Below, piece after piece: positions 58,260 through 64,000 of a stretch of DNA of 64,000 nucleotides; within the stretch, counting starts at the first letter, position 1, and every line of letters begins with the position of its first letter. This DNA is from Alphaproteobacteria bacterium MarineAlpha5_Bin7 (GTDB lineage: Bacteria > Pseudomonadota > Alphaproteobacteria > HIMB59 > GCA-002718135). The stretch lies in assembly GCA_002938195.1 (NCBI GenBank), contig PTKX01000001.1, positions 41,878-105,877 of the forward strand, written 5' to 3'. The translations under genes were made by a program, and so were the position numbers. The notes beneath the pieces are model-generated. The model did not search any database and was not told the DNA's origin. It saw only the letters and a program-made list of their open reading frames with translations.

Positions 58260-59440
58260 TTTATTCTTTTAAATGGAATAGGTTTATAAAATTTTATATT
58301 TAAGTTTTTAAAGTTATTTTTTATATCCCTAAAATATTCATAGGCAAATACTACTACAACTTTTAATTTTTTATTGATATTATTTTTTTTTGGCAATATT
58401 TTAATGTGACTTCCTGGAGTATATCTATTCTGCTTTAAAGGACTATCATCGATAATATAATCAATATGATTTGAGTCTATTTTTGAAAAATTTGTAATTG
58501 TTGATACTCGAGCAGGAGCGCCATAACCGATAATCATATTTCCTAATTTTTTTTCTTTTATAAGGTTTTTTCTAAGACTATTTGAATGCTTTAGTATCTC
58601 TTTTTCAAAAATTTTGAAAGTTTTACTTTTCAATTTACTTTTTTCAAGTTGAAGAATTTTTCTACATCTTAATGTTTTCTTAACTTTAGGGGAATTTTTA
58701 ATGAATAATCTTAATGATCCACCATGAATATTTATTTTTTCAATATCATATAAAGTCATATTGAAAGCGTTAAATAAAATATTTATTGATGATGCTGAAT
58801 AGTAAAAAGGTCTATCAAAATAAAATCTTTCATATTCTAAGTTTTTTATGAAGTTATATAAATATTCTATCTCTAAAATTAATATTCCATTATCTTGTAG
58901 AAATGATTTAATATTTTTTGCAAATTCTTTTGGTTTTTCAAGATGAGTTACTACACTTGATGCCACAATTACATCAGGTTTATTATAATTTTTTAAAATT
59001 TTATTAATAATTTTTTTATTAAAAAAACTTATATAAGTTTTTAAGTCTTTATCATTTGCAATTTTACCTACATTAACGGAGGGATCTATTCCTATTGATT
59101 TGATATTTAATTTTTTAAGGGGATCAAGTAAAATGCCATCATTAGAGCCAATATCAACAACAAATTTGGAAGAATTTAATTTTTTTGCTAAAATTTTAAA
59201 ATGTTCCTGCAGTTTTTTATTTACTGAAGATAGATAATAATAGTCTTGGAACATTAAATTTCTATCTATAATCTTTTCTATTTGAGCGGACTTACAATTT
59301 TTACAAAACATTATATTTAGTAAAAATTTTTTTTCAGATTTAATATCTTTTTTATTTTTAGGATATTTATTTGCAAGCGGTTGTTTGCCAAGACTCAAAG
59401 CTCTTGTAATTTCTTTAGATTCACAAATTCTGCATTTCAT
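58256..59440 (-). CDS. NDP-hexose C-methyltransferase-like SAM enzyme (Zn-ribbon + class I MTase + C-terminal C-MT domain)
   Basis: N-terminal CRICES...LGKQPLANKY Zn-ribbon region, VVDIGSNDGILL SAM motif and a long C-terminal domain, as in TylCIII-type sugar C-methyltransferases. 394 aa. Confidence 0.7.
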   Translation of the reverse strand: MKCRICESKEITRALSLGKQPLANKYPKNKKDIKSEKKFLLNIMFCKNCKSAQIEKIIDRNLMFQDYYYLSSVNKKLQEHFKILAKKLNSSKFVVDIGSNDGILLDPLKKLNIKSIGIDPSVNVGKIANDKDLKTYISFFNKKIINKILKNYNKPDVIVASSVVTHLEKPKEFAKNIKSFLQDNGILILEIEYLYNFIKNLEYERFYFDRPFYYSASSINILFNAFNMTLYDIEKINIHGGSLRLFIKNSPKVKKTLRCRKILQLEKSKLKSKTFKIFEKEILKHSNSLRKNLIKEKKLGNMIIGYGAPARVSTITNFSKIDSNHIDYIIDDSPLKQNRYTPGSHIKILPKKNNINKKLKVVVVFAYEYFRDIKNNFKNLNIKFYKPIPFKRIK

Positions 59441-59550
59441 TTTATATAATTTTATTTTAATTATAGATGTTAATAAAGCACAAAACAGATATCACAATCA
59501 ATTATATAATACTTGTTGGATATTTCTTTTAATATCTTTATAGTGAAATT

Positions 59551-59584
59551 GGGGAGTGGTAAGGCCTATCACTTCCCTTTTTTT
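59551..59584 (+). terminator. Intrinsic-terminator-like hairpin with no upstream plus-strand gene
   Basis: GGGGAGTG (59551-59558) pairs with CACTTCCC (59570-59577), 8 bp including one G-T. The loop GTAAGGCCTAT can extend the stem. Seven Ts follow (59578-59584). Confidence 0.5.
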
Positions 59585-59700
59585 ATTTATTAAAATTTAC
59601 AATTTTACATTTCTATAATTTCTGTTTTGATAACACTTACGTTACAAAGAATTCCTATTAACAACTAATTTATTGTGATAAATCATAGGAAATATAAGCT

Positions 59701-59790
59701 GGAGAGGTGGCCGAGTGGTTGAAGGCGCCCGCTTGGAAAGCGTGTATAGTGGCAACACTATCGAGGGTTCGAATCCCTCTCTCTCCGCCA
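59701..59790 (+). tRNA. tRNA-Ser (anticodon GGA), class II with long variable arm, CCA encoded
   Basis: Folded by hand. Acceptor GGAGAGG/TCTCTCC, D arm GCC-GAGTGGTTGAA-GGC, anticodon loop TTGGAAA (GGA), variable arm TATAGTGGCAACACTATC, T arm GAGGG-TTCGAAT-CCCTC, discriminator G plus CCA. Confidence 0.95.
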
Positions 59791-59963
59791 TAAAATTATT
59801 TTTTTAATACGAAAATTTCATAAATTACCTTTTTTGAATCTCTCACGACTCACTTACACAATCTTTTTCACCTCAACATTAAAGTTTTTTACTAGCAAAT
59901 AGATTGAATTTTGATAGTATTTTTAAAAATAATTATTAAATTAAAAACTATAAGGGGTTAAAA

Positions 59964-60257
59964 ATGATTTATGTAATTGCTAAGTTGCCGTGTCATAAAG
60001 AAGGAGCATCGAAGTTTTCTGAATGGGCAAAAGGCGACGATGGATTTTCAGTCACAAGATCACATAAGGGATTTAAGCATATCGAGCTTTTAGTTGGTGA
60101 AGATAACAAAACAATGTGGTTATACGAACAATGGGAGACAAAAGAGGACCATCAAGCTTATCTGGGTTTTAGAATGGACAATGGATTTGAAGATTTTATG
60201 AAAGAAATATTGGAGGATGAATTTTCACTTTCTTACCTTACCAATGCCGGTGCTTGA
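59964..60257 (+). CDS. ABM-like (dimeric alpha-beta barrel) small protein
   Basis: 97 aa. The YEQWETKEDHQAYLGF pattern is typical of antibiotic-biosynthesis-monooxygenase-fold proteins. Good AAGGGG Shine-Dalgarno. Confidence 0.5.
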   Translation: MIYVIAKLPCHKEGASKFSEWAKGDDGFSVTRSHKGFKHIELLVGEDNKTMWLYEQWETKEDHQAYLGFRMDNGFEDFMKEILEDEFSLSYLTNAGA

Positions 60258-60287
60258 TTAGAGAAAAATATTTTATCAATGTAGGTT

Positions 60288-60737
60288 ATGAATCTAAAAG
60301 TATATTTATCAGGTGAAATTCATACTAATTGGAGAGATGATATAATAAAAAAATGCAAAGATTTAAGTTTGCAAATTGAATTTACAGGACCAATAACTAA
60401 CCATGAATTATCTGATGATTGTGGTGTTGTCATATTGGGAGAAGAAAGTAATAAATTTTGGCATGATCATAAGAGTGCAAAAATTAATGCAATAAGAATA
60501 CGAACTGCAATAGAAAAATCAGATATAGTAGTAGTCCACTTTGGTGAAAAATATAAACAATGGAACGCTGCATTTGATGCAGGATTTGCTGCAGCATTAT
60601 CAAAATCTTTAATTATAATGCATAATGATGAACATCAGCATGCTCTCAAAGAAGTAGATGCTGCTGCTTTAGCCGTTACTAAAAGTGTTGATGAAGTTGT
60701 TAAAATTTTAAAATATACAATTGAAGGTAAAATATAA
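60288..60737 (+). CDS. YtoQ-family protein (nucleoside 2-deoxyribosyltransferase-like fold)
   Basis: 149 aa. VYLSGEIHTNWRDDI N-terminus and WNAAFDAGFAAALSK resemble YtoQ as I recall it. Confidence 0.6.
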   Translation: MNLKVYLSGEIHTNWRDDIIKKCKDLSLQIEFTGPITNHELSDDCGVVILGEESNKFWHDHKSAKINAIRIRTAIEKSDIVVVHFGEKYKQWNAAFDAGFAAALSKSLIIMHNDEHQHALKEVDAAALAVTKSVDEVVKILKYTIEGKI

Positions 60738-60803
60738 AAATAACTAAAATAGAAGAAATTAGTAATTAGTTTTTATTTTAAATTAAGTTTATTGGCAGTT
60801 GTA

Positions 60804-61169
60804 TTATAACTCAGACTTACCAAGGCCGGTCCATTGCACAGTACCGGCCAACAAAGTCCACACAAAGATGATTACCCAAATTACTGCACCCAAGTACCAC
60901 CCATCGAATTTACCTGAGATCAATGTAGATATGACACCTTCAAAAAGAGGGATAAGATAGAGCAAGCCAATTACGAGGAAAATATACCGGGCTATGTTTC
61001 CACCAATTTTATAGGCGCCTAGGAATATCAGCATGAATATGATAACTATAGCCAAGAAAAAATAATCTTGCTCTATTGTTATAGCAATCCAAATGTGAAA
61101 GATTGCCCAAAGTAAATTGACTATTGAAACTACTTTGTGATTAAGAATTGCTTTTGAGTTTAAATTCAT
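60804..61169 (-). CDS. Small 4-TM membrane protein, unknown function
   Basis: 121 aa with four hydrophobic segments. No motif recognised. Confidence 0.55.
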   Translation of the reverse strand: MNLNSKAILNHKVVSIVNLLWAIFHIWIAITIEQDYFFLAIVIIFMLIFLGAYKIGGNIARYIFLVIGLLYLIPLFEGVISTLISGKFDGWYLGAVIWVIIFVWTLLAGTVQWTGLGKSEL

Positions 61170-61353
61170 GCTACCTCACTAATATTTTATTTAACAATTT
61201 TTTAATAAAAATGCAAAAGAAGTTTTTCACATATTAAGCTTATATTTAGATTTTAAATTTAATTTTTCCTAGATACGCTATACTTGTTTACCCGATATTT
61301 AAATTTTCTTTGCTAGTATTTATTGTAAGTTTCACTTTTTAATTATATTTTAT

Positions 61354-62775
61354 ATGAGAATGTATAATTCATTTTATAGAAAAGTAGCTTTTGGACTTGG
61401 TGTAGATGAGAATATTCCATCTGACCCATTAGAATGGGCTCAATCACAATTTAGTACTATCCCTAAATTTTCATGGCAAGGTAAAATACCTTCAGAAAAA
61501 GAAATGAGAGAAAAACATGGAGAACGTATTTATCAAGATAGGAAGGTATTGAGAAAAAAATTTAAGAATGACAAAAAAAAATATAAAGCTGAAAAACAAA
61601 AACTTCGAATAAAAACTGGACAACATTTTTATGAAAGTAATGAATTAGCTATTAGACATAATGAAGCCATTAATGGATCTTCACCAGTTTTTGAAAGATT
61701 TTGGCATTTTTGGGGGAATCATTTTGCTATTAGTGAAAAGGATTTTTTACCAGAATATGCAACAGGGCCTTATCAACGTGAAATTATTAGACCAAATATG
61801 ATTAATACTTTTGAGGATATGGTTAGAGAAGCAACAATCTCATGGGCAATGATTAATCATTTAGATAATTCAGATTCTGTTGGTCCACGATCTAAATATG
61901 GAATTAATAGTAGAGAAACTATTAATGAAAATCATGCAAGAGAATTATTAGAACTTCATACGGTTTCACCAGAAGCCGGATATACACAGGAGGACGTCAT
62001 TCAAATGACCTATGTTATGACTGGATGGCAGTACAAATGGAGTCAAAAAAAACTTGAGACAGGAGATATATGGTTTAATTTTGAGCATCATGAACCTAAT
62101 AACAAAACAATTATGGGAAAAACATATAAGGCAGATAACAAACGTGAACTTTTTAATGTCATTAAAGATTTAGTTAATCATCCTTCTTGTAAAAGATTTA
62201 TTGCTACTAAGTTATGTCGTCATTTTATAACAGATTATCCTACTGATGAAATGATTAAACCTGTAATAATTGCTTGGAATAAATCAGATGGTTCTCTTCC
62301 GGAGATTCATAAAGCTGTTATTAAAAGTGCTTTTGAGCATTCAGACACAACAAGAAAATTTCAAAAACCAGAAACGTGGATATTACAAATGGCACGAATG
62401 TTTGGATTTGGATGGGTTCCTAAACCTGAAAAAATGAAATATAATTTTGATAAAGAACCTAGTGATTACCAAACACAAATTGAAAGTAATCTAAAGGAAT
62501 TAGGTCACTTACCTTACCGTCCGCAACAACCTAATGGTTGGTCTGATTTTGAAGAAGATTGGCTTTCACCAGAATTAATTATACGTAGATTGATTATGGC
62601 ATCCAAAATGTCAAATTATGGAGTTTCAAGAAAAGATAATTTAATTAAAACTATTATAGAGAAGAACTTTGATAAGCCTGATCAAATATTTAAGTTAATT
62701 GAAAAACAGGATAAGAATTTATTTAGTAATAAATTTGCTACTATATGTAATTCCTCTTATATGTTAAAAGCATGA
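61354..62775 (+). CDS. DUF1800-family protein
   Basis: ERFWHFWGNHFAIS and NENHARELLELHTVSPEAGYTQEDV blocks typical of DUF1800. 473 aa. Confidence 0.8.
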   Translation: MRMYNSFYRKVAFGLGVDENIPSDPLEWAQSQFSTIPKFSWQGKIPSEKEMREKHGERIYQDRKVLRKKFKNDKKKYKAEKQKLRIKTGQHFYESNELAIRHNEAINGSSPVFERFWHFWGNHFAISEKDFLPEYATGPYQREIIRPNMINTFEDMVREATISWAMINHLDNSDSVGPRSKYGINSRETINENHARELLELHTVSPEAGYTQEDVIQMTYVMTGWQYKWSQKKLETGDIWFNFEHHEPNNKTIMGKTYKADNKRELFNVIKDLVNHPSCKRFIATKLCRHFITDYPTDEMIKPVIIAWNKSDGSLPEIHKAVIKSAFEHSDTTRKFQKPETWILQMARMFGFGWVPKPEKMKYNFDKEPSDYQTQIESNLKELGHLPYRPQQPNGWSDFEEDWLSPELIIRRLIMASKMSNYGVSRKDNLIKTIIEKNFDKPDQIFKLIEKQDKNLFSNKFATICNSSYMLKA

Positions 62776-63929
62776 TGAACTGCACAAGAAGAAATTTTCT
62801 TATAGGAGGAGCTGCTAGTGTTTTTCTAACTGGTATTAATTTGCCATCAAAGGCAATATCTAATAACAAAAAGAATTTGATTATTATTTCATTACGTGGT
62901 GGTATGGACGGATTATCAGCTGTTCCAATAATAGGGGATAAAAATTTAAAAAAACATAGAAAAAAACTTATTTTAGAAGAAACATTAAAGTTAGATTCTG
63001 ATTTTGCTTTACATCCAAAATTAGATATTTTTCATAATTTGTGGAAAGATAATCAAGCTGCAATAATTCACGCAACTAGTATACCATATACAGGCAGATC
63101 ACATTTTGATGGACAAAATTTAATGGAGTCAGGAGGCAATGTTCCTTATCAGGAAAAAACAGGTTGGCTTGGACGAGGTATGTTATCCGCTGGTTATGTA
63201 GGTGAGGGTCTAGCACTAGCTTTACCAATGCCACTTTTGCTTAGAGGTGTTTCACTGAATGATAATTATTATCCTGCTAAAGGAAGAATACCATCTGATT
63301 ATGTTTTAGATGCTTTGTTTTCTTCTTATGAAGACGCAGGGGAAATTAATTTACAAATGGTAATGGATATTATTAGAAAAAGACCTGTTTCAATGATGAC
63401 AGCAGGCGCTTCCAGAAATAACAAATCACTAGCAAAACAAGCAGCAAAATTATTGCGTGATGAAAATGGCCCTAGTGTTGCAGTGTTTGAACTTGGGGGG
63501 TTTGATACGCACGCTGCTCAGGGTACAATTGATGGTTTGCTTGCTGATCAATTAGAAGATGTTAATGTTCTTGTTAAAGTGCTTAAAGATAATCTTGGTG
63601 ATTCCTTTAAGAATACACTTATTCTTACACTAACTGAATTTGGTAGAACGATTAAACAAAATGGAGGCAATGGTACAGAACATGGATGGGGTAGCGCTAT
63701 ACTAATGGCTGGTGGATTAATAAAAAGATCACAAGTATTTACTGATTGGCCAGGATTAAAGAAAAGTGATTTGTTTGAAGCAAGGGATTTAAAGTCTACA
63801 ATTGATGCAAGATCAGTATACATGTCAGCGATGTCAGTATGTTTCAATTTAGATCCTGAAAAAATTCGCAAAGATGTATTTTGGAATGAAAATCTTCCTG
63901 ATTTAAGTCAAAAACTTTTTAAAACTTAA
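62772..63929 (+). CDS. DUF1501-family protein with twin-arginine signal (sulfatase/alkaline-phosphatase-like superfamily)
   Basis: Tat motif TRRNFLIGGAAS, plus GGMDGLS, GGFDTHA and LTEFGRT...GTEHGWG blocks. ATGA overlap with the DUF1800 gene. Confidence 0.85.
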   Translation: MMNCTRRNFLIGGAASVFLTGINLPSKAISNNKKNLIIISLRGGMDGLSAVPIIGDKNLKKHRKKLILEETLKLDSDFALHPKLDIFHNLWKDNQAAIIHATSIPYTGRSHFDGQNLMESGGNVPYQEKTGWLGRGMLSAGYVGEGLALALPMPLLLRGVSLNDNYYPAKGRIPSDYVLDALFSSYEDAGEINLQMVMDIIRKRPVSMMTAGASRNNKSLAKQAAKLLRDENGPSVAVFELGGFDTHAAQGTIDGLLADQLEDVNVLVKVLKDNLGDSFKNTLILTLTEFGRTIKQNGGNGTEHGWGSAILMAGGLIKRSQVFTDWPGLKKSDLFEARDLKSTIDARSVYMSAMSVCFNLDPEKIRKDVFWNENLPDLSQKLFKT

Positions 63930-64000
63930 GTTATGTTATCAATTTAAATTATGATAAAATTAATTATGTTTTTTAGGTTGAATTTTTTTTTAATAATTCT

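Noticed and set aside
59467-59532. 21-codon ORF (MLIKHKTDITINYIILVGYFF) upstream of the orphan terminator.
   Set aside because: There is no Shine-Dalgarno-like sequence and no way to assess conservation here. Such short ORFs are expected by chance, so it is mentioned only as one possible explanation for the terminator.
59832-59853. TTTTGAATCTCTCACGACTCAC downstream of the tRNA resembles the tRNA T-arm/acceptor 3' end (TTCGAATCCCTCTCTCTCC), which could be an att-site remnant.
   Set aside because: By hand alignment only about 13 of 23 positions match, in a low-complexity CT-rich context. No integrase or second repeat is present, so this is most likely chance.
63951-64000. Possible start of another plus-strand gene (ATG 63951, MIKLIMFFRLNFF...) at the window edge.
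   Set aside because: Only about 16 codons are visible, which is too little to support a call.
1-64000. Search by eye for CRISPR arrays, IS elements, integrases, prophage genes, toxin-antitoxin pairs and restriction-modification or other defence systems.
   Set aside because: I saw no repeat-spacer arrays, no transposase, integrase or reverse-transcriptase-like ORFs, and no recognisable defence gene motifs. The only repeats are the short ones listed above.

Overview
This is a 64-kb window of a very AT-rich, extremely compact bacterial chromosome. About 60 protein genes and one tRNA are supported. No rRNA, CRISPR array, transposase, integrase or phage gene is visible. Gene content and order are alphaproteobacterial. 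The streamlining fits a SAR11/Pelagibacterales-type genome, but this assignment is inference only. The evidence for streamlining is spacers of 0-40 bp, many overlapping start/stop codons, and convergent genes sharing stop codons. Positions 1-42 kb are conserved core: nrdAB, a ChvI/ChvG-like two-component system, ahcY-metK, tsaE with AmgK/MurU-like genes and trxA, a 15-gene unidirectional array (rnd-like, kdsD, lptCAB, aroA, cmk, rpsA, ihfB, pyrF, trpFBA, accD, folC), gltDB, an LPS-core glycosyltransferase trio, infC-rpmI-rplT-pheST and lepA. Positions 42.0-59.7 kb, between lepA and tRNA-Ser(GGA), form an accessory cell-surface island with even lower GC. It holds two nucleotide-sugar/glycosyltransferase operons: a gmd-fcl-DegT-2OG oxygenase set and a C-methyltransferase/SDR/oxidoreductase set. 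It also holds the most interesting item in the window, a tightly packed four-gene plus-strand operon. That operon encodes a DUF4956 membrane protein, a signal-peptide-bearing CotH-like atypical kinase with a beta-helix-like C-terminus, a VTC-type (polyphosphate-polymerase-like tunnel) domain protein, and a ~12-TM protein. No function has, to my knowledge, been experimentally assigned to this combination. Positions 59.8-64 kb carry small uncharacterised genes (ABM-like, YtoQ-like, a 4-TM protein) and a Tat-signal DUF1800/DUF1501 pair. Non-coding candidates are an NrdR-box-like palindrome upstream of nrdA, a repeated TAGTAC motif upstream of gltD, repeats in the infC leader, a GC-rich hairpin spacer before rpmI, and an orphan intrinsic-terminator-like hairpin next to the tRNA. 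All family assignments come from reading motifs in the supplied translations. No database search was run.
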